Shown here piece by piece: positions 7,818-15,297 of a stretch of DNA of 32,365 nt (within the stretch, counting starts at the first letter, position 1; each line of letters begins with the position of its first letter). The notes under the pieces were generated by a model. It did not search any database and had not been told where the DNA came from. It worked only from the letters and a program-made list of their open reading frames with translations. Position numbers and translations under genes: made by a program. The DNA lies in IMG/VR virus record IMGVR_UViG_3300004774_000001; one strand, 5' to 3'. The DNA comes from an uncultured virus (IMG/VR IMGVR_UViG_3300004774_000001). Taxonomy: Duplodnaviria > Heunggongvirae > Uroviricota > Caudoviricetes.

Positions 7818-9301
7818 ACGACGTCAAATGTGCATCTCCAGTAGCCTACGAACTCTTCCACAGAGGAACTCTGGCGTTCTCTGAGATAGAGGCGGCCGGG
7901 ATGCGGATTGACGTCACCTACCTCGACAAGACTATTACTGAGACGGAACAACGGATTACCTCCCTCGAGGGGAAGCTGAAAGAATGTGATGAGTACAAAC
8001 TCCAGCGGCGCCGGTATGGATCGGAAACCAATCTGACCAGTCGAGAGCAGCTGGCGGCTGTTCTGTATGACGACATGAAATTGCCGTGTGAATCGTACAC
8101 TAGCGGAGGTAAGAGTAAGAAGAGACGGCCTCAACTAGACGAGTCCGCCCTCGAACGGACGGGGCTGAAGTATGCCCGAGGCTTTTTGAAGATGGAGAAG
8201 CTGAACAAGCTACTGGGAACATATCTCCGTGGCGTACGACGGGAGGTTGAAGACGACGGCTTCCTTCATGTCTTCAATAATCTGCATACTGCGCATTCCT
8301 ATCGTGGCAGTAACTCGGATATAAATTTCCAAAACATCCCAGTGCGAGATCCAGAAATCGGGAAGCTGATCCGGACGGCATTCATCCCACGAAGCGATGA
8401 ATACGTCTTGGTTGAATCGGACTTCTCGTCGCAAGAAGTCAAGGTGGCCTGCAACCTATGCGTCGACCCAACACTGATCCATGATACCTATGAAGGGGAT
8501 ATGCATCGGGACATGGCAGCAGAGTGCTTCATGCTGCCAGTACAGAAGGTAACGAAGGCGATTCGCAGTGCCGCTAAGAGTGGGTTCGTCTTCGCTGAAT
8601 TCTATGGTGATTGGCATAAGCAGGTCGCTCAGAATCTCTGGGCATCATCGATAGGACTGACAGACACCGACGGGACTAGAATAGAGGATCATCTCAGTGC
8701 ACTGGGGATCACTGAGTTGGGGGAATGTGATCCGAATGCTAAGGCTGTGAAAGGGACATTTGAGCACCACATCATGCAGGTAGAGGACAGATTCTGGAAT
8801 ACGAGGTTCAGGGTCTATAACACATGGCGGCAGGAACGAGTTCGTCAGTATAGAAGCCGTGGATGGTTTGAGCTAGTAACGGGTTTCGTCTGTGCCGGTG
8901 TGTTCTCGAAGAATCAGGTGATGAACCTCCACATCCAGGGTCCAGCCTTCCACTGTATGCTATGGACTATGATTCAGTTGGTGGCTGAACTGAAGAAGCG
9001 AAAGATGCGGTCGAGGGTGATAGGGCAGATCCATGATTCGATCGTGGGAGATGTTCACAAGAAGGAACTCGATGATTATGCCGAGTTGGTAACACGGATT
9101 GCTACGAAAGATATCATGGATGAGTGGAAGTGGATTACGGTCCCGCTTGGGGTCGAGATTGAGGTAGGGGAGCAAAATTGGTATAGCAAAGTGAAGTACC
9201 CGAAGACTACGATAACATATGTAGCCTGCGGCGATACGGGCTGCAATTCAAAAGGTGGCGAGTGTGTTCCCTGTAGAGCGAATGGAAGGATCAAACAATG
9301 A
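7814..9301 (+). CDS. polA: Family A DNA polymerase, polymerase domain (C-terminal half of the split enzyme)
   Basis: NFQNIP, IRTAFIP, motif A ESDFSSQE, motif B RSAAKSGFVFAEFYG, N..IQG and motif C QIHDSIV. Confidence 0.93.
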   Translation: MNDVKCASPVAYELFHRGTLAFSEIEAAGMRIDVTYLDKTITETEQRITSLEGKLKECDEYKLQRRRYGSETNLTSREQLAAVLYDDMKLPCESYTSGGKSKKRRPQLDESALERTGLKYARGFLKMEKLNKLLGTYLRGVRREVEDDGFLHVFNNLHTAHSYRGSNSDINFQNIPVRDPEIGKLIRTAFIPRSDEYVLVESDFSSQEVKVACNLCVDPTLIHDTYEGDMHRDMAAECFMLPVQKVTKAIRSAAKSGFVFAEFYGDWHKQVAQNLWASSIGLTDTDGTRIEDHLSALGITELGECDPNAKAVKGTFEHHIMQVEDRFWNTRFRVYNTWRQERVRQYRSRGWFELVTGFVCAGVFSKNQVMNLHIQGPAFHCMLWTMIQLVAELKKRKMRSRVIGQIHDSIVGDVHKKELDDYAELVTRIATKDIMDEWKWITVPLGVEIEVGEQNWYSKVKYPKTTITYVACGDTGCNSKGGECVPCRANGRIKQ

Positions 9302-9435
9302 GACTGGCAGAGCGTATCGAGACGTGCCTCAGTGACATCGATGACGAGGGCACAGATGAAGATGACGAGGATCTCTTCGACGAAGACGATGATGAGGACG
9401 AACTGGAAGAGGAAGAATTGGAGGACGACGAGTGA
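9298..9435 (+). CDS. 45-aa highly acidic microprotein (not in the supplied ORF track)
   Basis: MRLAERIETCLSDIDDEGTDEDDEDLFDEDDDEDELEEEELEDDE*. The start overlaps the polA stop (ATGA), the stop overlaps the next start (GTGA), and a GAAGGA RBS-like sequence lies upstream. Confidence 0.75.
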   Translation: MRLAERIETCLSDIDDEGTDEDDEDLFDEDDDEDELEEEELEDDE

Positions 9436-10355
9436 GCGATGAACTCTACAAAAGGTACCGACCAACGAAATTTTTCGAAGTCCTGGGCCAAGACGATGCT
9501 GTGAAGATGTTGTCTGAGATGGGCCGGAAGGGGGCTATACCACATACCATCCTATTCACTGGTGAAAGTGGCTGTGGCAAAACAACTCTAGCCCGCATTC
9601 TCCGTGACAAGCTGAAGTGCGGGGAGAAGGATTTCCAGGAGGTCAATGCCGCCGATGATCGTGGTATTGACATCGTCCGTGAGATTAGGCAGCATTCTGG
9701 TTTATCTCCTCTGTCCGGGCCGTGTCGGATCTGGTTGATTGATGAGTGCCATCAGCTGACGCCGCAGGCACAGGAGAGCTTTCTCAAGCTGCTTGAGGAT
9801 ACTCCGAAGCACGTCTACTTTTTCCTCTGCACGACTGACCCGTCAAAGCTAAAGAAGACTATCATCACTCGGTCGACCGAGATTCGGGTCAAGCCACTGA
9901 AGCCGGCTGACCAGAAGAAGGTCATTGCGAATGTGATGGCCGGCGAGGGGAAGACGATTGAAGAGGACGTGGTTGAGAAGATTGTCGAGATCGCAGAAGG
10001 GAGCGCCCGCAAGGCTTTGGTCCTGCTTCATCAGGTGATTGATCTGACTTCGGAAGCCGAGAAGATCGCCGCCCTGCAACGAGCTGATGGCAAGAGGGCT
10101 GCGGTTGAGATCGCGAAGCTGTTGATGAATCCGAAGACCAAGTGGCCTGAAGTCGCCGCAGTAATCAAGTCGGTCGATGAAGACCCGGAAAGTATCAGAT
10201 GGATGGTTATGGGGTACGTAACTGCCGTGGCCCTCAATAAACCGAATCCCATCAGGGAAGTAAGCATCATCGAGGCTTTTCAAGAGCCGTTTTTCAACAG
10301 CAAGAAGGCTGGTCTTGTCCAGGCATGCGCTGTGATACTTCTTCGGGGCGAATGA
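9432..10355 (+). CDS. dnaX: Clamp loader AAA+ ATPase, DnaX (gamma/tau)/RFC-like
   Basis: LYKRYRP, Walker A GESGCGKTT, EVNAAD.RGID.VR, Walker B LIDECH, LLEDTP and TIITRS. Confidence 0.9.
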   Translation: MSDELYKRYRPTKFFEVLGQDDAVKMLSEMGRKGAIPHTILFTGESGCGKTTLARILRDKLKCGEKDFQEVNAADDRGIDIVREIRQHSGLSPLSGPCRIWLIDECHQLTPQAQESFLKLLEDTPKHVYFFLCTTDPSKLKKTIITRSTEIRVKPLKPADQKKVIANVMAGEGKTIEEDVVEKIVEIAEGSARKALVLLHQVIDLTSEAEKIAALQRADGKRAAVEIAKLLMNPKTKWPEVAAVIKSVDEDPESIRWMVMGYVTAVALNKPNPIREVSIIEAFQEPFFNSKKAGLVQACAVILLRGE

Positions 10356-10395
10356 AGCCTATGTAAGCTACGATAGCAGGGAAAATAGACCTAGT

Positions 10396-10593
10396 ATGCT
10401 CAGCACGACGAGAATCACAATAGTGGTCGAGGCTCAAACTCAGTGCGGGCCGTTCGCGGCGATCAGAATGGTCACTGGTCGTTTGTCTGGGGCTGATATT
10501 CCTGCTATCAGTTCTGTTGAGGTACTTAAGGCAGAGACCAACTACCGGCTTTACCAGGAGCCAAGTGCTGAATTTTATCCGGTTAAGGTATGA
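10396..10593 (+). CDS. Hypothetical protein
   Basis: 65-aa ORF filling the gap ahead of a terminator. Confidence 0.5.
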   Translation: MLSTTRITIVVEAQTQCGPFAAIRMVTGRLSGADIPAISSVEVLKAETNYRLYQEPSAEFYPVKV

Positions 10594-10603
10594 AGGAGAC
10601 CTG

Positions 10604-10631
10604 GTCGGGCGTCAACCCGCCCGACTTTTTT
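10604..10631 (+). terminator. Rho-independent terminator
   Basis: GTCGGGCG-TCAACC-CGCCCGAC forms a perfect 8-bp stem followed by TTTTTT. Confidence 0.85.
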
Positions 10632-10650
10632 GATACTTGGAGACTGAACG

Positions 10651-11109
10651 ATGCCCGAACTCAGACTAGAAATTGACACGCTTCGTCTCGATGAGGAATG
10701 GCAGGCCCAGCCGAAGCAGCGCCAGATATGGGGCGAGCTGCTAGCAGATGCCCAGTTTGAGCTTGACGAAGCGAAGTCGGCACTAGACATGGTACGGGCA
10801 GAGACAGACAGGGAGATCAGGGAAGACCCGGAAGCATTCGGTGTTGGTAAGGTCACGGAGTCTGCGATTTCGACGGCAGTTATCGTTCATCCGGCTGTGA
10901 AGGTGTCAACGAAAAAGTTGCATGCTGCTCGGCACACCGTGAATGTTCTGCAGGCGGCCGTTGATGGCTTGGAGCACCGCAAGCGGGCATTGTCAATGCT
11001 CGTAGAGTTGCATGGTCAGTCTTATTATTCTGATACCCCGACCAGAATGCCGGCTGGGGTGAAGAACAAACAGCGTCGTGAGGATAAGGATGATAATGAT
11101 GACGGTTAA
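10651..11109 (+). CDS. UvsY-like recombination mediator protein
   Basis: Helical 152-aa protein with LEID..RLDEEW..QP and KVTESAI patterns; sits next to the SSB and RecA-like genes. Confidence 0.6.
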   Translation: MPELRLEIDTLRLDEEWQAQPKQRQIWGELLADAQFELDEAKSALDMVRAETDREIREDPEAFGVGKVTESAISTAVIVHPAVKVSTKKLHAARHTVNVLQAAVDGLEHRKRALSMLVELHGQSYYSDTPTRMPAGVKNKQRREDKDDNDDG

Positions 11110-11248
11110 TACGTTGGCTGCTATCGCCATCATTTTGATTTTGCTTCCGTGGGCGACCTATGGTGGCATGAAGTTCGGGGCGTACGGCTACTATCGTGGC
11201 CGCGCGATGTGGCTAAAAGAGGAAAAGGAGAACAAGCATGGTTCGTGA
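11090..11248 (+). CDS. Small membrane protein (not in the supplied ORF track)
   Basis: MIMMTVNTLAAIAIILILLPWATYGGMKFGAYGYYRGRAMWLKEEKENKHGS*; one hydrophobic segment, overlaps both neighbours. The start could be 11090, 11096 or 11099. Confidence 0.6.
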   Translation: MIMMTVNTLAAIAIILILLPWATYGGMKFGAYGYYRGRAMWLKEEKENKHGS

Positions 11249-12455
11249 ACGACCGAAAGTGTCTGCGAAGAAATGGGCGGAAACACCAGACGGTGGTTTC
11301 ACCCCGACCTGCGTGAAGCTGTCTGGCGATGTCCAGTTTTTCGCACCGAAGAAAGCTGGTGTCTACCGCATCGAGATTATCCCCTACGAAGTTCCGGAGA
11401 AGGCCACCGGCGGACCGAATCCGAATGCTCTGCCTGGTGAGCTCCACTACGAGCGGACTTACTTCACCCACCGTGCGATTGGGGTCGACGAAAACACCTA
11501 CGTCTGCCCAGCCAAGACCGCCGGGAAGCCATGCCCGATCTGTGAGCATCGGAAGGATCTGATGCGGGACAAGGACGCAGACGAGGATCTGATCAAGGAG
11601 TTGGCTCCGAAGCAGCGTCAGCTCTGGAATATCTTCGATCATGCTGATGCCGATAAGGGTGTTCAGATCTGGGACATCAGCTATCACCTCTTCGGCAAGC
11701 AGCTGAAGAAGGAAGTTAACAACGCCGACGAGGACGACGGGTACGAATACTTTGCCGACCCCGAAGACGGTATGACGTTACGTGTTGGGATGGGGGAGGA
11801 ATCGATCGGCAAGGGCAAGCCGTTTTTGTCTACGGGGACTGTCGGCTTCAAGAAGCGGTCTGCCCCGCTGGCAAAAGAGATCCTCGATGCTGCCCAGCCG
11901 CTGGACAATCTGCTGATCGTCCTCGACTACGAGAAGCTGAAGTCGATCTTCCTACAGGAAGAGGGGGTGGACCACGAGGGGGATGGTGAAGATGACGAGC
12001 CGAAGAAGCAGAAGCCGGCCAAGGAGGAAAAGAAAGAGGATGAAAACCCCACCGAGAAAGGCGCATCCACTGCCGATTCTGTGGAGTCTACCCATGCACC
12101 TGCGAAAGCCCCGTCTAAGGAGAAGGCTACCACGGCCGCCGATGTCGGGATCGGCAAGGGTGACGACGTCACGTTCGAGGGGAAGTCGTGGACCGTTCTG
12201 AAGATCGCCGAGGACGGGACTACGGTGACTTTGATGGATGAGGATGACGAGGTGAAGAAGGGCGTCGAAGTCGCCAGCCTGAAGATCAAGAAGGAAGAGA
12301 AGGAGACCAAGCCAGTCAAGGAGGCGAAGAAAGAGGCCAAGAAGGAAGAGCCAGTCAAGGAGGCGAAGAAAGAGGCCAAGAAGGAAGAGCCAGTCAAGGA
12401 GGCGAAGAAAGAGGCCAAGAAGGAAGATGATTGGGACGATGATTGGGACAAGTAG
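11238..12455 (+). CDS. T4 gp32-like single-stranded DNA-binding protein with a long charged tail
   Basis: H...YVCP...KPCPICE zinc site, GVQIWD.S..LFGK.L, DPEDG..L, and an acidic/aromatic end DDWDDDWDK. Confidence 0.8.
   Translation: MVRERPKVSAKKWAETPDGGFTPTCVKLSGDVQFFAPKKAGVYRIEIIPYEVPEKATGGPNPNALPGELHYERTYFTHRAIGVDENTYVCPAKTAGKPCPICEHRKDLMRDKDADEDLIKELAPKQRQLWNIFDHADADKGVQIWDISYHLFGKQLKKEVNNADEDDGYEYFADPEDGMTLRVGMGEESIGKGKPFLSTGTVGFKKRSAPLAKEILDAAQPLDNLLIVLDYEKLKSIFLQEEGVDHEGDGEDDEPKKQKPAKEEKKEDENPTEKGASTADSVESTHAPAKAPSKEKATTAADVGIGKGDDVTFEGKSWTVLKIAEDGTTVTLMDEDDEVKKGVEVASLKIKKEEKETKPVKEAKKEAKKEEPVKEAKKEAKKEEPVKEAKKEAKKEDDWDDDWDK
12310..12427 (+). repeat. Perfect 39-bp tandem repeat x3 in the SSB tail (encodes PVKEAKKEAKKEE)
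   Basis: Unit AGCCAGTCAAGGAGGCGAAGAAAGAGGCCAAGAAGGAAG starts at 12310, 12349 and 12388. Confidence 0.95.
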
Positions 12456-12508
12456 GATCTCCGAAAGCGGCAACGGCAAGTATTGGCCTCGGCCGAGAAC
12501 AGTTGCAT

Positions 12509-12628
12509 GGAATCATGGCGGAATTGGTAGACGCAACAGACGGTACCCAATAGACGTGTTAGCGGTGTTTGCGAATAGCCGACTATGCTGAAAATGTGGG
12601 TGTGTGGGTTCGACTCCCACTGATTCCA
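12509..12628 (+). ncRNA. tRNA-Leu-like RNA with an oversized, non-canonical anticodon/variable region
   Basis: Acceptor GGAATCA/TGATTCC plus discriminator A; D-arm TGGCGGAATTGGTAGACGC; T-arm GTGGG-TTCGACT-CCCAC. There are 68 nt between the D- and T-arms and no canonical anticodon stem-loop. Confidence 0.75.
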
Positions 12629-12631
12629 TTT

Positions 12632-13735
12632 ATGCTCAATCAAGTGATAGCCGCCCTCACCGGGCCACGAAAGATGAGATTTCCGATGGACAGCGAACTC
12701 CTGGGCACGGGCTCAACACTCCTCAACCTGGCTATATCGGGTAAACCGGATGGTGGGATTCCAGCTGGGAAGTATGTTTTCTTCGTCGGTGACTCTGCTA
12801 GTGGCAAGACGTTTCTGGCCCTGACCGTTTTCGCCGAATCCCAACTGAATGAGAAGTTCAAGGACTACCGCCTCATCTTCGACAATGCCGAGGATGGGGC
12901 ATTGATGGACATTGAGAGATTCTTCGGAGCGAAGGTGGCGGATAAGCTGAAGCCACCAGCTCATGACGAAGAAGGGGATCCAGTCTATTCGACTACGATT
13001 GAGGAATTCTACTTCAATCTCGATGATGCTCTAAACAGGGCAGATAAGGATGGTAAGCCGTTCATCTATGTCCTTGACTCGATGGACGCCCTCAGTTCTG
13101 AGTATGAGGGTAAGAAGTTTGACGAGAAGAAGACTGCGGTCCGTAAGAACAAAGAGGCGAAGGGTGATTATGGTGATGGGAAGGCGAAGGTCAACAGTCG
13201 ATATATTCGTCGGGCGGCCGCGAGGATTCGTGAAACTGGCTCAATCCTGATCGTGATTTGCCAGACAAGGGACAACATCGATGCTGGGATGTTTGAGCCC
13301 CAGCAGACCCGATCTGGCGGACGGGCGCTGAAGTTCTACGCGGCTGTTGAGATCTGGACTTCAATCGCTGGGAAGCTGAAGAAGACGGTGCATGGTAAAG
13401 ATCGACAGATCGGTATCACGGCCAAGTTGGATGTAAAGAAGAATCGGATCACTGGCAAGGAATGGTCGGTGAAGGTGCCGGTACACTGGAGCTCCGGTAT
13501 TGACGATGTTGGCTCAATGTTGGACTTTCTATTGGAAGAGAAGCAGTGGCCAAAGAACAAGGATGGGGTGATCGATGGGGAAGGCGACTTCAAGGGCTGC
13601 AAGGGGTATAGGGAGAATGTGATTCAATTCATCGAGGAGAATGACCTTGAAGGCGATGTTAGGGAACTGGTTGCTGATGTGTGGGCGGCGGTTGAGAAAG
13701 CATGCGCTGTCGAACGCAAGCAGAGATATGAATGA
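12632..13735 (+). CDS. recA: RecA/UvsX-like recombinase
   Basis: TGSTLLNLAISG..GGIP.G, Walker A GDSASGKT, Walker B VLDSMDAL, SGGRALKFYA and KKNR. The start is placed at ATG 12632, just after the tRNA-like element. Confidence 0.9.
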   Translation: MLNQVIAALTGPRKMRFPMDSELLGTGSTLLNLAISGKPDGGIPAGKYVFFVGDSASGKTFLALTVFAESQLNEKFKDYRLIFDNAEDGALMDIERFFGAKVADKLKPPAHDEEGDPVYSTTIEEFYFNLDDALNRADKDGKPFIYVLDSMDALSSEYEGKKFDEKKTAVRKNKEAKGDYGDGKAKVNSRYIRRAAARIRETGSILIVICQTRDNIDAGMFEPQQTRSGGRALKFYAAVEIWTSIAGKLKKTVHGKDRQIGITAKLDVKKNRITGKEWSVKVPVHWSSGIDDVGSMLDFLLEEKQWPKNKDGVIDGEGDFKGCKGYRENVIQFIEENDLEGDVRELVADVWAAVEKACAVERKQRYE

Positions 13736-13856
13736 TAAGTCAACGAAAGATGAGTTGCCAAAGCGAGCAAATAGAATCATCCTCACTCCTGTCTTTAGTC
13801 AGTGGGTAGGAGGATTGGTGGTAGGTTATGAGCACGAAGCCGATACTACTAATTGA
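13728..13856 (+). CDS. Small hypothetical protein
   Basis: 42-aa ORF (MNDKSTKDELPKR...) overlapping both neighbours. Confidence 0.35.
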   Translation: MNDKSTKDELPKRANRIILTPVFSQWVGGLVVGYEHEADTTN

Positions 13857-14730
13857 TAGTTCTTACATCGCTCACCGGGCGTTGCATTCTCTCGGTAACG
13901 CCCTCTCATTCGATGACGAGCCAACTGCCGTTATCTATGGTTTCCTGGAGGCCACATCTCGCTTCCAAGCTGAGTTCGAAACCAACCAGATCGTTTTTGC
14001 CTTTGACTTTGGGCATGGTAAGCGGCGTGAAATCTTCCCGTCATACAAAGGCAGCAGGGAAGCCGCCCATGTAAACGATACTGATGAGGAGAAAGAATCA
14101 CGAAAGAAGTTCTATGCTCAGATCCGTAAGCTCCGAGAGATCTATCTCAGCCAGCTTGGTTACCGGAATGTGTTCTTCCAGGAGGGGTATGAAGCAGACG
14201 ATGTGATCGCCAGCGTCGTGAAGTACTCGCTGAAGGAAGATGATACCGCGATCATCGTCTCGTCTGACGAGGATATGTGGCAGCTCATCGGGCATAATGT
14301 GAGCTGCTACTCACCGCATACGAAGAAGCTGATGGATAGGGAAGCATTTATCAGTCAATGGGGAATAGAGCCAGCCCTATGGGCGAATGTCAAAGCGATG
14401 GCTGGCTGCTCGACGGATGATGTTCCTGGCTTGCGAGGGATAGGAGAACTGACCGTTTGCAAATGGTACCAGGGGAAGGTGAAGCCGGGGACGGTTGCCT
14501 ATCGCAAGCTGAATGTCGATGGAATCGAGATCCATAACCGAAATATAAAGCTGGTGAGGCTGCCATTCGAGGGGTGCCAGAGATTCGAGTTGGTGGAGGA
14601 TGAAGTAACTCCGGAGAAGTGGCAGGCATTGGCTGATAAGCTAGGGATGAAATCACTCAAAGGATTGCAGTCAGGGATGCCAGCTGGTGTGAAGCATAAG
14701 AAATCTGGTGGGTTTGGATTCGGGAGCTAA
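13828..14730 (+). CDS. 5'-3' exonuclease / flap endonuclease (PolI 5'-nuclease, T4 RNase H-like)
   Basis: LLIDSSYIAHR, FAFD, RREIFPSYKGSR, GYEADDVIA, IVSSDEDMWQL and AG..TDDVPGLRGIGE (HhH). Confidence 0.93.
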   Translation: MSTKPILLIDSSYIAHRALHSLGNALSFDDEPTAVIYGFLEATSRFQAEFETNQIVFAFDFGHGKRREIFPSYKGSREAAHVNDTDEEKESRKKFYAQIRKLREIYLSQLGYRNVFFQEGYEADDVIASVVKYSLKEDDTAIIVSSDEDMWQLIGHNVSCYSPHTKKLMDREAFISQWGIEPALWANVKAMAGCSTDDVPGLRGIGELTVCKWYQGKVKPGTVAYRKLNVDGIEIHNRNIKLVRLPFEGCQRFELVEDEVTPEKWQALADKLGMKSLKGLQSGMPAGVKHKKSGGFGFGS

Positions 14731-14732
14731 TC

Positions 14733-15297
14733 ATGTTGCTAGTGAAACCGTCAACTGAAATTCTGGATTTCCATTGCTCATCCGAGCTGATTGAGATCGC
14801 CGGCCGGACGTGCTATAAGTCTGAATGCAAGGGAGATCCGGACGGATTTGTGAGGATGATTCAGACTAGAAATCACGAGTCCGTTCTAGCAGGAGAGCAC
14901 GCGCTATTGCAACTATGCGAAAAAGGGTGTAGTGTTTGTGATTCCGCCGTGGGTTGATATCCCGGAAGGTGAGTACGAGAAATTGACGGAACAACACGAC
15001 TTCGCTGATGTTGCTTGGTTCTGCTCACTAAAGGATTCGGAGTCAACATACAACCTGCTACTTGAATCTGGTTGGCAACCGCAACAAGCACGCTCCGTTC
15101 TGCCCAACTCCCTCAAAACGGAAATCGTGGTTACGGCCAATGCCCGTGAATGGCGACACATCTTCAACCTGCGGTGTTCAGCTACCGCCCATCCTCAGAT
15201 GCAAGAAGTGATGATTCCATTGCGGAAGGAATTCACCAACAGGGCACCAGTTCTGTTTGGGAATATCCAGGAGGATAACGGTGGCCAAAGGATCTGA
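14733..15297 (+). pseudogene. thyX: Flavin-dependent thymidylate synthase with an internal deletion and frameshift
   Basis: Frame 1 gives IEIAGRTCYKSE...NHESVL. From 14890 another frame gives QESTRYCNY...VFVIPPW...ARSVLPNSLKTEIVVTANAREWRHIFNLR...AHPQM. The intervening EH...DRGVSHELVRHR..S.S segment is absent in all frames. Confidence 0.88.

Noticed and set aside
12509..12628. tmRNA, or tRNA with a group I intron
   Set aside because: It has a full D-stem and no G3:U70 alanine identity, and the extra sequence is far too short for a group I intron or a tmRNA body.
12569..12631. N-terminal extension of RecA in the ORF track
   Set aside because: It overlaps the T-arm and acceptor stem of the tRNA-like RNA; ATG 12632 is the more plausible start.
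11130..12643. Long minus-strand ORFs (185, 238 and 175 aa), and similar ones at 23049-23723, 26095-26757, 29173-29835 and 30012-30689
   Set aside because: They are antisense shadows of well-supported plus-strand genes and have no recognisable motifs.
14870..14960. Programmed frameshift or TAG readthrough restoring ThyX
   Set aside because: The RHR-containing segment is absent in all frames, so recoding cannot give an intact enzyme. TAG also serves as a normal stop elsewhere (folE, clamp, SSB), arguing against genome-wide recoding.
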